Assembly: GCA_963664405.1 (NCBI GenBank) | Contig: OY761158.1 | Location: 800,001-864,000, forward strand | Origin: Thermoanaerobaculia bacterium | GTDB taxonomy: Bacteria > Acidobacteriota > Thermoanaerobaculia > Multivoradales > Multivoraceae | Reading direction: 5' to 3' | DNA: 64,000 bases | Shown here: positions 21,463 through 30,704 of the stretch, piece by piece | How positions within the stretch are numbered: the first letter of the stretch is position 1 | How the letters are laid out: every line of letters begins with the position of its first letter | Notes under the pieces: generated by a model | What the model was told of the DNA's origin: nothing | Database searches by the model: none | Seen by the model: the letters and a program-made list of their open reading frames with translations, nothing else | Program-made: the position numbers and the translations under genes

Positions 21463-22872
21463 GTGAGCTCGTTGTCGCAGCCAAATGTAGACGCCGTCGA
21501 AAAACTGAGCCGCCGTCTCGACCTCGTCGCGGCCCTCGAGCCCTGGAACGACCTCCGCTTCTCAGGCTCCCTCGGAGCGGTGCCTACTCTGGTATTGGAC
21601 GATTTCTCTGCGATCCCCTTTCTGGATGTTCCGGGAGCAGAGGAATATCAGCACCGTGCTCGCGTTCGCGCTGAGAAGGGGCATCTCTACGCGGCGGTCA
21701 GTGCGCCTTGTCCAGGGTACGAAGACTATTGTCGCGACTATCTATCGTTCGGCGAAGTCGAGTTGGTCCGTGCAAGCGCGGACATTGGCCGAATGGCGGT
21801 CGCGAGATCTTGTCTGCTCGAGCCCACCTTCAGCCACCTCATAGACCGCGCCAGGAGCGGCGCGGGTCTCACTCTCCATCCATATATGGGTTTCGAAAGT
21901 GTCTGGGACCTCGCCGAGGCTGTGCGCCGGGAATCCGGAGTCCCGGTCGAGGTACTGTCTCCGCCTCCGCCGGTTACCTGGATCGCCAACGACAAGGGCC
22001 TCTTCAGCGATCTGGTCGCCGCCATGCTCGGTAGCGATTGGATCGTCGATACTCGGCCCTCCGCCGATCCTGATGAGCTCGCAGGGCACCTTCTGAGTCT
22101 GGGAAAAAGGCACTCCGAAGTGGCCCTGAAGAGACTTCGGTGCGCCTCCGGAACGGGCAATAAGGTCTTCGCATCCGAGCGCCTTCGTTCGCTCACGCCG
22201 GCCGAGGTGGCCTGCGAAGTTCGCGACTTCTTGACTCATACGGAGTGGGACGGCGCCGAAAGCGTTCTGGCGGTCGCTTGGGAGCGCAGCCCTCTCTCAC
22301 CCTCCACCCAGATGTGGATTCCGCCCTTCGGCCAGGGCCCGCCGGTCCTGGAAGGGATCTACGAACAGATCTTGCGCGGCGAAGAAGGCACCTTCGTTGG
22401 CAGTCGGCCGTCGACTCTGCCGGCTCGGGTTGATGCCGCCCTGGCCGAGGGGGCCAGGATCGTCGCCTCAGGACTGCAGAGGCTCGGCTACGTCGGACGC
22501 TGCTCCTTCGACCATCTCGTTCTCGGCGACCCGGACGGTGAGTTCGCGATTCGATTCACCGAGTGCAACGGACGCTGGGGCGGGACCAGCATCCCGATGC
22601 GGCTCGTGGATCGCCTCATCTCGGGCCCGCGACCTCCCTACCGAGCTCAGGACGTGATGAGTCAGGCACTGACGGGCGTGCCCTTCGCGGAGATCGTGCG
22701 CGAAATCAACCAACATCTCTTCAACAAGTCAACGGGGCGCGGTGACTTCGTCCTCTACAACCCCGGTCCGCTGGCCCTCGTCGGCAAGATCGACGTCATC
22801 GGCTTCGGGGCGACTCAGCAGGAGGCGGAGGAGGCTGTAGAGGAGCGACTACCCCGGATCCTCGGCATCTGA
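21463..22872 (+). CDS. Pre-ATP-grasp/ATP-grasp protein (PGM1-like peptide ligase family)
   Basis: LHPYMG, ANDK, ASGTGN, GYVGRCSFD, FTECNGRWGGTS. Confidence 0.72.
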   Translation: MSSLSQPNVDAVEKLSRRLDLVAALEPWNDLRFSGSLGAVPTLVLDDFSAIPFLDVPGAEEYQHRARVRAEKGHLYAAVSAPCPGYEDYCRDYLSFGEVELVRASADIGRMAVARSCLLEPTFSHLIDRARSGAGLTLHPYMGFESVWDLAEAVRRESGVPVEVLSPPPPVTWIANDKGLFSDLVAAMLGSDWIVDTRPSADPDELAGHLLSLGKRHSEVALKRLRCASGTGNKVFASERLRSLTPAEVACEVRDFLTHTEWDGAESVLAVAWERSPLSPSTQMWIPPFGQGPPVLEGIYEQILRGEEGTFVGSRPSTLPARVDAALAEGARIVASGLQRLGYVGRCSFDHLVLGDPDGEFAIRFTECNGRWGGTSIPMRLVDRLISGPRPPYRAQDVMSQALTGVPFAEIVREINQHLFNKSTGRGDFVLYNPGPLALVGKIDVIGFGATQQEAEEAVEERLPRILGI

Positions 22873-22877
22873 ACGTC

Positions 22878-22960
22878 CTAGGAGCGTGTCCGAATTCGGA
22901 CAGGCGAGTAGTTCTTAGGGGGGGATGGGCCGGAGAACGGGCCGGAGGCCCGTTTTCCGG
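22878..22960. repeat. Intergenic palindrome and hairpin (possible IS-end scar and terminator)
   Basis: CTAG-GAGCG then perfect 16-bp palindrome TGTCCGAATTCGGACA (22887-22902); 14-bp stem CCGGAGAACGGGCC/GGCCCGTTTTCCGG (22930-22960). Confidence 0.55.
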
Positions 22961-23038
22961 GGCGAGGCTTCCCACAATCGGGTAGCATCGGCGCTCGCGC
23001 CATCGAGCGCAGTCACCGCTGATCAACGGAGGTCCACC

Positions 23039-23866
23039 ATGTACGAAGAACTGATCTACGAGGTCGAAGACCCTGTCGCCACGATCACCCTCAACAGACC
23101 CGAACGGCTGAATGCCCTCACCGGACGGCTTCTGAGCGAGATCAAACACGCCATCGCGACCGCAGAAGCCGATGAGCGTGTGGTTGGAATCATTCTCACC
23201 GGTGCCGGGCGTGGTTTCTGCGCCGGAGCCGATATGGCCGGCCTCCAAGCCTCGGCCAGCGGCGAGGGCCGCCAGGAGCAGACCCTGCTCGAGTCGAGCC
23301 CAGGCGATCCTTCTCTCGGGCCCGACTTCCAGGTCACCTACAGCTATCTCCTCGGAGTGAGGAAACCTCTGATCGCGGCGATCAATGGCGCCTGCGCCGG
23401 GCTCGGATTCGCCATCGCCAGTCTCTGCGATCTGCGCTTCGCGTCCACCAAAGCAGTTTTCACCAGCGCTTTTGTCAACCGCGGCCTCATCGCCGAGCAC
23501 GGTCTGAGCTGGATCCTGCCCCGCCTCGTCGGGCCCGGCCGGGCTCTCGACATCCTCTGGAGCGGACGGAAATTCGACGCGGCCGAGGCTAATCAACTCG
23601 GGCTCCTCAATCGCCTGGTCGAGCCCGAAGATCTTCTCTCCGAGGCTCGCGCCTACATCACCAATCTCGCCGAGAGGTGTTCTCCGACGTCGATCATGAT
23701 CATCAAACAGCAGGTTTACAAGCACTTGATGGCACCCATGGGCGAAGCCATGACGGAAACCAACACACTCATGGCCGAGAGCCTTCAGCGCGAAGACTTC
23801 AAAGAAGGAGTTGCCTCCTTCGTGGAGCGAAGACCTCCTCAATTCAAACGCATCTCCGTCGAGTAG
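23039..23866 (+). CDS. Enoyl-CoA hydratase/isomerase family protein
   Basis: ITLNRPERLNAL, GRGFCAGAD, KPLIAAINGACAGLG, EDFKEGVASFVERRPPQF. Confidence 0.92.
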   Translation: MYEELIYEVEDPVATITLNRPERLNALTGRLLSEIKHAIATAEADERVVGIILTGAGRGFCAGADMAGLQASASGEGRQEQTLLESSPGDPSLGPDFQVTYSYLLGVRKPLIAAINGACAGLGFAIASLCDLRFASTKAVFTSAFVNRGLIAEHGLSWILPRLVGPGRALDILWSGRKFDAAEANQLGLLNRLVEPEDLLSEARAYITNLAERCSPTSIMIIKQQVYKHLMAPMGEAMTETNTLMAESLQREDFKEGVASFVERRPPQFKRISVE

Positions 23867-23963
23867 TTCGGAGTCGTCGACCGAGGGAACTATTCTCAGG
23901 TCGGTGCGTTCTAGGAGGTGTGGAAGACGTTCGAAGTCTGCACCTAACCAAGGAGTCCCAAAA

Positions 23964-24722
23964 ATGAAAGCACCGATCAAAGCCTCTTCACTTCTCCTTC
24001 CCTCCCTGCTCCTTCTTCTCGTCCCGGCTGCGCTGGCGGCGCAAGAGTCGCGGCACAGCGTAAGAACCAAGGTCATCGTCCTCGGCGATGACTCAGGCGA
24101 GCAGAACTGGAGCGCGCGCCACGACCCGGACCTCCAATGCTTCGAAGAGGGCACCCAGAAAGTCTGTGTCGCGCACGCCACTCGGCACGGTGAAGCGGTC
24201 ATGCGCGGATTCCTCGGTGTTCACCTGACCGCGATGACGCCGGAGCTTCGGGCCCATATGGGAGCGCCCGACGATGCCGGCGTACTGATCTCGAAGGTCG
24301 AGGAGGACAGCCCCGCCGCGCTGGCGGGTCTCGAAGTAGGAGACGTAGTCACCGCCGTCGATCAAGAGAGCGTCGGCTCGACGCGAGAGCTACAACACGC
24401 GATCGCCTCCCGGGCGGACGGCGATCTCGCCACCCTGGAGATCTATCGCGACGGCCGCCTGGAGCAGATTACTGCAACGCTTGGCGTTCGCGAGGGGCAC
24501 TCGATGCATGGCAGTATGCGCCTCCACGGGCTCGGCGGTGACCTGGAGAAAGTTCTCGAGCACGTCCACGAATCGATGAGCGAGCTCGACTTCGACTTCG
24601 ACTTCGACTTCGGCGAGCCCGGGGCGAAGATCCACGAGAGTCTGAGTGCGATCGATTGGGAAGCCATCAAGGAGCGAGTCCACGCCGCCCTTTCCGGCCT
24701 CTCCCAGGACGATTCGGAGTAG
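23964..24722 (+). CDS. Secreted PDZ-domain protein
   Basis: Signal peptide; RGFLGVHL...GVLISKVEEDSPAALAGLEVGDVV; no protease domain. Confidence 0.82.
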   Translation: MKAPIKASSLLLPSLLLLLVPAALAAQESRHSVRTKVIVLGDDSGEQNWSARHDPDLQCFEEGTQKVCVAHATRHGEAVMRGFLGVHLTAMTPELRAHMGAPDDAGVLISKVEEDSPAALAGLEVGDVVTAVDQESVGSTRELQHAIASRADGDLATLEIYRDGRLEQITATLGVREGHSMHGSMRLHGLGGDLEKVLEHVHESMSELDFDFDFDFGEPGAKIHESLSAIDWEAIKERVHAALSGLSQDDSE

Positions 24723-24783
24723 GCACGCCCGCTGAGCGCAGTCTCCCTTCGATGCGCTATCATCGGCACGAAGGGGGCTGCCG

Positions 24784-25341
24784 ATGGTGCGACGACAATC
24801 TTGCTGGCTGAGCGCCGCAATCCTTAGCGCTTTCGTTCTGAGCGGTGTTCCCGCGGCGGGTGCAGAAGGGATCCGTCCCGAGCTCGGTAGCGTCGCCCCG
24901 GACTTCACACTCGAGACCGCTTCGGGCACCAGCTACTCCCTGTCGCAGCTCAGCGGAGAAAAGAACGCACTGATTGTCTTCTTTCGCGGCACCTGGTGAC
25001 CTTTCTGCGGTAAGCAGCTCGGCGAGCTGCAAGAGAGCCTGAGCGCGATCCAAGAGCGAGACACCGAGCTCTGGGTGATCAGCCCAGACCCGGCAGACAA
25101 GCTCGTGTCTTTCCAGAAGCAGAAGGGACTCGAGTTTCCCATGCTCAGAGACCCCGACCTGGCGGTGACCAAGGCCTACGGCATCCTCAACGAACAGAAC
25201 GGAAAGATTCCTCACCCGACGGCAATCGTGGTGGACAAGCAGGGCAGGGTGAGCTACTTCCGAGTCGACGAGGACTACAAGGTGAGACCGCCGACAGTCG
25301 GCGAGATCCTCCCCGCCCTCGACGCCGCAAACGCTCCTTGA
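24784..25341 (+). CDS. AhpC/TSA-family redoxin selenoprotein (Sec at TGA 24997-24999; UxxC)
   Basis: ORFs 24784..24999 and 25075..25341 are one frame: APDFTL...VFFRGTW-TGA-PFCGKQL...ISPD...HPTAIVVDKQG; SECIS-like hairpin follows. Confidence 0.88.
25014..25030 (+). promoter_or_regulatory. Candidate bacterial SECIS element
   Basis: GCAGCTC-GGC-GAGCTGC perfect 7-bp stem with G-led apical loop, starting 14 nt after the in-frame UGA. Confidence 0.7.
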
Positions 25342-25416
25342 GCGCGACCGCCAGCTGAGTCCGAGTCGGTCTCGCGTGCGGCTAGTAGGCTTTCTTCAAT
25401 CGCTACGGCGAGCTCT

Positions 25417-26310
25417 ATGACCCTCACTCTCGACTCCACAGCGGGAGTGAAGCTGGCCCTCCACGACCTCGGTGGCAGCGGACCGGCCTTGTTGCTCGCT
25501 CACGCCACCGGCTTCAACGGCCGCGTGTACGAAGGCTTGGCGCACTATCTTCAGGATCTGCGGGTCTGGGCGCCCGACCTGCGCGGGCACGGCGACTCCA
25601 CGGCTCCCGAGGACGGCATCTTCGCCTGGGAGGGACTGGCTGACGACCTCGGGAGGGTCGTGGACGAGCTCGAAGACGAGCTTCCGATCCTGGCATTCGG
25701 CCACTCCATGGGTGCTGCCGTCAGTCTCCTCACGGAAGCTCGAAGGCCTGGTACCTTCCGAGCGATCTACGCCTACGAGCCCATCGTTGCGCCACCGGAA
25801 ATACTTCGTGCGTCCCGGCGCAGCGGCGGCATTCTCGAGAGCACTCGACGACGCAAGAGGGAGTTCGAGTCCGCTGCGGACGCTCTACGCAATTTCACGG
25901 GCAAACCGCCCTTCGACGGTTTCGCAGAGAGCTCCCTGCACAAGTACGTCGAGCACTGTTTCAACCAGCTGGAAAACGGTCGCCTGAGGATCAAGATGGA
26001 CCCGGATAACGAAGTCAAGATGTACGAGATGAGCTCCAAACACCCTACCTGGGATCGACTCCCAGAGGTCCGATGCCCGGTCATGATCGCAAGCGGCCGA
26101 ACCCTTCCAGAGACACCCTCCGAGTGGATCGAGCGGATCGCGCGACACCTGCCCAACGCCCGCACCGCGGTCTACGAAGATCTCGGCCACATGGGACCGT
26201 TCGAGTCGCCCCAACGCATCGCGGTGGAAGTCGTGGCCTTCTTCGGAAGTATCGAGGCCGAAGGCGAGCACAAAGCGCCACTGCACCCTGACCCGCCGCT
26301 ACGAGGCTAG
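25417..26310 (+). CDS. Alpha/beta-fold hydrolase
   Basis: AHATGF, DLRGHG, GHSMG nucleophile elbow, C-terminal GH. Confidence 0.9.
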   Translation: MTLTLDSTAGVKLALHDLGGSGPALLLAHATGFNGRVYEGLAHYLQDLRVWAPDLRGHGDSTAPEDGIFAWEGLADDLGRVVDELEDELPILAFGHSMGAAVSLLTEARRPGTFRAIYAYEPIVAPPEILRASRRSGGILESTRRRKREFESAADALRNFTGKPPFDGFAESSLHKYVEHCFNQLENGRLRIKMDPDNEVKMYEMSSKHPTWDRLPEVRCPVMIASGRTLPETPSEWIERIARHLPNARTAVYEDLGHMGPFESPQRIAVEVVAFFGSIEAEGEHKAPLHPDPPLRG

Positions 26311-27285
26311 CCCTTCGGCGAACAAAACAACCTCTCTGGCAAGGGTCTCGCGATCCTTCAGGGTCACCATCACCGTATTGGTGATCCGTGTCGCCACCCC
26401 CATCTCTTCGATCTCTCTGGCCATCGCGGCATCGGCACGATCCAGAACGAAGCCATCGACAAGCCCACGATCTCGATAGTGACGAGCGACCGCTGCCGCC
26501 GTCGCCGGCACATTCAGCTCCTCCATCATCTTGGCCGCCGGTCCCTTGAGCGCCGCTCCACCTACGATCGGGCTTACCGCGATGACTGGCGCCCTGGAAG
26601 CCCTCAGCTTCGACGCCACGCCGTCGACAGCGAGAATGGGATCGACACTCACGAACGGATTGGACGGACAGATCACCACGGCCGCGAGAGCCTCGTCCTC
26701 AATCGCCGCCGTCAGCCCTGGGGATGGGGCCGCATCTTCGATACCAGCGAAGCGGAAGCCCCGCACCGACGGTCGACAACGCTCACGAACGAAGTAGTGT
26801 TGGAAGGAGAGCTCCTCGTTGCCGCTAAGGACCATCGTCCGCACCGGGTCGTCGCTCATCGGAAAGATGCGAGAACGCACGCCGAGCTTGCGACAGAACG
26901 CCTCGGTAACAGCGCTGAGGCTCTCGCCCTGACGCAGACGCCGGGTCCTCTCTACGTGCAGGGCGAGATCGCGATCGCCGAGTCGAAACCAGGTCTCGCC
27001 ACCCAGCGCCTCGAGAGCCTCGAGAAAGCTCCAGCTCTCCCCCGCCCGCCCCCAGCCCGTATCGGTATTGGCAAGACCGGCAAGGGTGTACATGACCGTG
27101 TCGAGGTCGGGAGCTATATGTAGACCCAGATGCTCGAAGTCGTCGCCCGTATTGGCCACCACTGCCAGCTGCTCCGGCGCCAAGGTTCTTGCCAGCCCCA
27201 GGGCAAGCTTTGCGCCGCCGACACCTCCCGACAGCGCCAGGTACGGCTTCGCCTCGTTGATCGCGGCCGAGCTTGCGCCCGTCAT
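26299..27285 (-). CDS. cofD: 2-phospho-L-lactate transferase (F420-0 synthesis, CofD/FbiA)
   Basis: LSGGVGGAKL, NTGDD, PDLDTVMYTLAG, WFRLGDRD, PMSD, FQHYFV, PSNPFVSV, KGPAAKMM. Confidence 0.95.
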   Translation of the reverse strand: MTGASSAAINEAKPYLALSGGVGGAKLALGLARTLAPEQLAVVANTGDDFEHLGLHIAPDLDTVMYTLAGLANTDTGWGRAGESWSFLEALEALGGETWFRLGDRDLALHVERTRRLRQGESLSAVTEAFCRKLGVRSRIFPMSDDPVRTMVLSGNEELSFQHYFVRERCRPSVRGFRFAGIEDAAPSPGLTAAIEDEALAAVVICPSNPFVSVDPILAVDGVASKLRASRAPVIAVSPIVGGAALKGPAAKMMEELNVPATAAAVARHYRDRGLVDGFVLDRADAAMAREIEEMGVATRITNTVMVTLKDRETLAREVVLFAEGLAS

Positions 27286-28058
27286 CGGAAGAGATCCAGG
27301 CTCTTCGGCCTGATCAGCGCCGCCGCACTGCCATCAGGGTCGTTGCGATGCAGGCCTCGAACCAGCACCACCGGTCTACCCTCACCGGCCTGGCCTTGCA
27401 GAAGTGAGGCCGCGGCCGCGATCTCGTCGCCGAGACCGACCTCGGTCACACGCAGCTCACGGCCGAAGAGATCGTCACAGCCGCGAAGGTCGCTCAGTCC
27501 TTCCACTCCGGCGACCCCCAGTGCCACTCCCACCGTCCCCAGTCGCCAAGCGCGTCCCAAGCTATCGCTGATGAGAATCCCCACCTCGACTCCGACTCGC
27601 TGCTGGAGCGTGCGCCGTAGACGAGAGGCGCTGCCGTCGGGATCCTCCGGCAACAGCAACACTCTCTGCTTTTCACCGTGCTCGATATTCGACTGATCGA
27701 TTCCCGCGTTGGCGAGCACCAAGCCCAACTTATGCTCCACCACCAGCACTCCGGTGCGGTAGCGCACGACCTCTCTGGCCTCCGAGAGAATCACCTCCAC
27801 CAGGCGCGGGTCCTTATCGACCTCGCGGGCCAGCGTCGCAGCATGCTGTGAGGGTGTTACATCGTCCAGGTCGATATAGCGATCCTCGGACTTCGACACC
27901 ACCTTTTGCGCTACCACCAGAATGTCGTCATCCACCAGCCGCTCGCCGGCACGCTCGACCCCTTCGAGAATGAGCGCTGCCAGGTCATCGCCCGGCTCGA
28001 CCATTGGAAAACCGGGAAGGGCTACCAGTTTCAGGCTTCGAGCCTCGGCGCTCGACAT
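27282..28058 (-). CDS. cofE: Coenzyme F420-0:L-glutamate ligase (single-domain CofE)
   Basis: PGDDLA, AQKVVSKSE, ANAGIDQSN, LLLPEDPD, SDSLGRAWR, DEIAAAA, DLFR end. Confidence 0.95.
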   Translation of the reverse strand: MSSAEARSLKLVALPGFPMVEPGDDLAALILEGVERAGERLVDDDILVVAQKVVSKSEDRYIDLDDVTPSQHAATLAREVDKDPRLVEVILSEAREVVRYRTGVLVVEHKLGLVLANAGIDQSNIEHGEKQRVLLLPEDPDGSASRLRRTLQQRVGVEVGILISDSLGRAWRLGTVGVALGVAGVEGLSDLRGCDDLFGRELRVTEVGLGDEIAAAASLLQGQAGEGRPVVLVRGLHRNDPDGSAAALIRPKSLDLFR

Positions 28059-28073
28059 CTCGCCTACCTGCCC

Positions 28074-28754
28074 TCAGCTCGCGGGAGCCGCCTTCGGCTC
28101 GCCGGTGATTCGCAAGCCAGCTCCATCGATCTTGTAGCAGCGATTGATGCCGATGAGAACTGAGGTCAAAGCTTCAGCGACCACTGAGTTGCAGAGGGGA
28201 CCGGCATGCCAGCCGCGAAGGCCCACCGCCTCGACGAGGCGCAAGACTTCTTCTCTCGCTTCGACCGAGTCTCCGAAAACCAGAACATCGCAATCGATCT
28301 CGTGGTTCTCGCGAAGGTGCGCCGCCCCGACGTTTTGGAAAGCCGAGACAACCCGAACACCCTCACCGACGATAGATTGCGCCAGTAGACCCGCCGAGCC
28401 CCCTTCGGGAAGCTGCACTCGTGCCACTTTGGGCGGCATCAGCGGTACCGTCGCGTCGACCAGGATCTTCCCCTGCAGAGCCGGCGCGATCGCTTCCAAG
28501 TTGGGCCGTTGACTCGAGAACGGGACCGTCAGGACCACGATGTCCGCCGCCTCCGCGGCTGCTGGGTTCGGCATTCCCACAACTGCGACCCCCGGTTGCT
28601 CAGCAACAATCGTCGCGACAGCCGCATCGGCCTTCTCCTGTGTCCGCGAGCCGATGATCACGGTGAAGCCGGCTTGCGACCAGCGACGGGCCAGGCCGCC
28701 ACCGAGATCACCCGTTCCGCCGATCACCGCCAGCTTCGGAAGCTCGTTCTCCAT
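28074..28754 (-). CDS. npdG: NADPH-dependent F420 reductase (Fno)
   Basis: IGGTGDLGGGLA, IGSR, DATVPL, VVSAFQNV, EALTSVLI. Confidence 0.92.
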   Translation of the reverse strand: MENELPKLAVIGGTGDLGGGLARRWSQAGFTVIIGSRTQEKADAAVATIVAEQPGVAVVGMPNPAAAEAADIVVLTVPFSSQRPNLEAIAPALQGKILVDATVPLMPPKVARVQLPEGGSAGLLAQSIVGEGVRVVSAFQNVGAAHLRENHEIDCDVLVFGDSVEAREEVLRLVEAVGLRGWHAGPLCNSVVAEALTSVLIGINRCYKIDGAGLRITGEPKAAPAS

Positions 28755-28903
28755 CTCGTGCAATCTCCATCCGGCCGACGCTGCTCGAGTGCCCGGGCCG
28801 GAGAACACGAAGACTACATCGCTCTGTGCAGCCAAGGCCACCCCTCCGGACCTGAGACTTTCGACTACAATCCCTGGACACTGAAATCGCAGGAGACATC
28901 TTT

Positions 28904-29941
28904 ATGAGAATCACTTCCCCGCTACCTCTCGACGATTGGCGTGCGGTGGCGCCAGCGGCAAGGGCGGCTGAAGAAGCCGGTTTCGACGCGGTAGGGAGCG
29001 CCGAGGTCGCCCATGACCCCTTTGCGCCGCTGATTGCCGCATCGCTGGCCACTGACAGGGTCGATCTCACCACCGGAATCGTGGTCGCGTTTCCGCGCAG
29101 CCCGATGGTCGTCGCCAACACCGCTTGGGATCTCCAAGCTCAGTCGGGTGGCCGCTTCAGCCTCGGACTCGGCTCTCAGGTCAAAGGGCACAACACGCGA
29201 CGCTTCAGCGTGCCTTGGGGACCCCCTGTGCCACGCCTAAGGGAGTACATAGAGTCGCTGAGGGCGATCTGGCGCGCCTGGGAGACGAAAGAGCCGCTGG
29301 ACTATGTTGGCGAGCACTACCAATTCACCTTGATGACCCCCGAGTTCTCGCCCGAGCCCTCAGGCCAACCTGCCGTACCGATCTCGATCGCCGCAGTCGG
29401 ACCGGCGATGATGAAAATGGCCGGCCGCGTGTGCGACGGCGTAAAGCTTCATGGCTTCGCCACCCGCAAGTACCTCGAGGAAATCGCGCTGCCCCAGGTC
29501 ATGGCGGGCCTGGAAGACGCGGGCAGAAGTCGGGAGAGCTTCGAAATCTCCGGCGGCGGGTTCATCGCTACCGGGCCCGATGAAGAGAGCGTGGCGAAGC
29601 AGATCGAAGCCATCCGCTACCGTGTCGCCTTCTACGGCTCCACCCGCAGCTACCATGGAGTCTTCGCGGTCCATGGCTGGGAGGACCTCGGCCTCGAGCT
29701 CCATCGCATGTCGAAGGCAGGCGAGTGGAGCAAGATGGCTTCACGAGTGCCCGATGAGGTGGTGCGAGAGTTTGCTGCTTGCGCCACCTGGACCAACCTC
29801 AAAGGCGCCCTCGAAGAGCGTTTCGAAGGCCTGACCGATACCACTGGCCTTGGCTTCCCGGCAGGCACCGACCCGGACCTAGCCAAGGAGATCGTCAAAG
29901 GCATCAAGAGCATCGACTGCCCCTATCGAGGTCGTAGCTGA
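28904..29941 (+). CDS. F420-dependent LLM-class oxidoreductase (TIGR03617-like)
   Basis: EVAHDPF, VAFPRSPM, GLGSQVKGHN, HYQFTLMTPEF, AFYGSTRSY. Confidence 0.88.
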   Translation: MRITSPLPLDDWRAVAPAARAAEEAGFDAVGSAEVAHDPFAPLIAASLATDRVDLTTGIVVAFPRSPMVVANTAWDLQAQSGGRFSLGLGSQVKGHNTRRFSVPWGPPVPRLREYIESLRAIWRAWETKEPLDYVGEHYQFTLMTPEFSPEPSGQPAVPISIAAVGPAMMKMAGRVCDGVKLHGFATRKYLEEIALPQVMAGLEDAGRSRESFEISGGGFIATGPDEESVAKQIEAIRYRVAFYGSTRSYHGVFAVHGWEDLGLELHRMSKAGEWSKMASRVPDEVVREFAACATWTNLKGALEERFEGLTDTTGLGFPAGTDPDLAKEIVKGIKSIDCPYRGRS

Positions 29942-29998
29942 GCTACGGCTTCGCTCATACTATCCAAGACTTCTGAATCTGATCAGACAGGAGAAGAC

Positions 29999-30607
29999 AT
30001 GAAGTTCTACGATTCCAAGGCCGCCCCCAACCCTCGCCGTGTCCGGATCTTCCTCGCCGAGAAGGGAATCGAGGTTCCAACGGTCCAGGTCGACATCGGC
30101 GGCGCCGAGAACCGCAAATCGCCTTACATCGACAAGAACCCGATGGCCGGAGTTCCGATGCTCGAGCTCGACGACGGAACCTGCCTCGCCGAAAGCGTCG
30201 CGATCTGCCGCTATTTCGAGGCCCTGCAGCCCGATCCACCGCTGATGGGCACCGACGCCCAAGACCAAGCCGTGGTGGAAATGTGGAACCGCCGAATGGA
30301 GCAGAACCTCGCCGTGCCGATCATGGACTCCTTTCGCCACGTCCACGAATTCTTCAAAGGAAGAATCGAGCAAGTGCCCGAATTCGGTCAGGTCAGCAAA
30401 AAAAAGGCCCTGGGAATCTTGAGCTGGCTCGATGGCGTTCTCGCCGACCGCGAGTTCATCGCCGGAGACAACTACTCCATCGCCGACATCACCGCGCTCA
30501 TCGGCATCGACTTCGGCAAGGTGTCGAAAATCGGCATCGGAGAGGACCAGGCCAACCTCAAGCGTTGGTACGACGCCGTCTCGAGTCGCCCGAGCGCATC
30601 GGCGTAG
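29999..30607 (+). CDS. Glutathione S-transferase family protein
   Basis: APNPRRVRIFLAEKG, VPMLELDDG, ESVAICRY, SIADIT. Confidence 0.93.
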   Translation: MKFYDSKAAPNPRRVRIFLAEKGIEVPTVQVDIGGAENRKSPYIDKNPMAGVPMLELDDGTCLAESVAICRYFEALQPDPPLMGTDAQDQAVVEMWNRRMEQNLAVPIMDSFRHVHEFFKGRIEQVPEFGQVSKKKALGILSWLDGVLADREFIAGDNYSIADITALIGIDFGKVSKIGIGEDQANLKRWYDAVSSRPSASA

Positions 30608-30630
30608 TCTCGGCGTAAGCAGGAATCGCT

Positions 30631-30704
30631 GTAGGGCGAGTCGGAGCGCAGGGCCCGCACCCAAGGGGGCTCGGGGGCCGTGCTGCTCCGCGCTCCGACC
30701 CTAC
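30631..30704. repeat. REP-like inverted repeat between convergent genes
   Basis: GTAGGG(cga)GTCGGAGCGC ... GCGCTCCGACCCTAC, with GTAG/CTAC feet; includes the TAG stop of the 860-aa gene. Confidence 0.6.
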
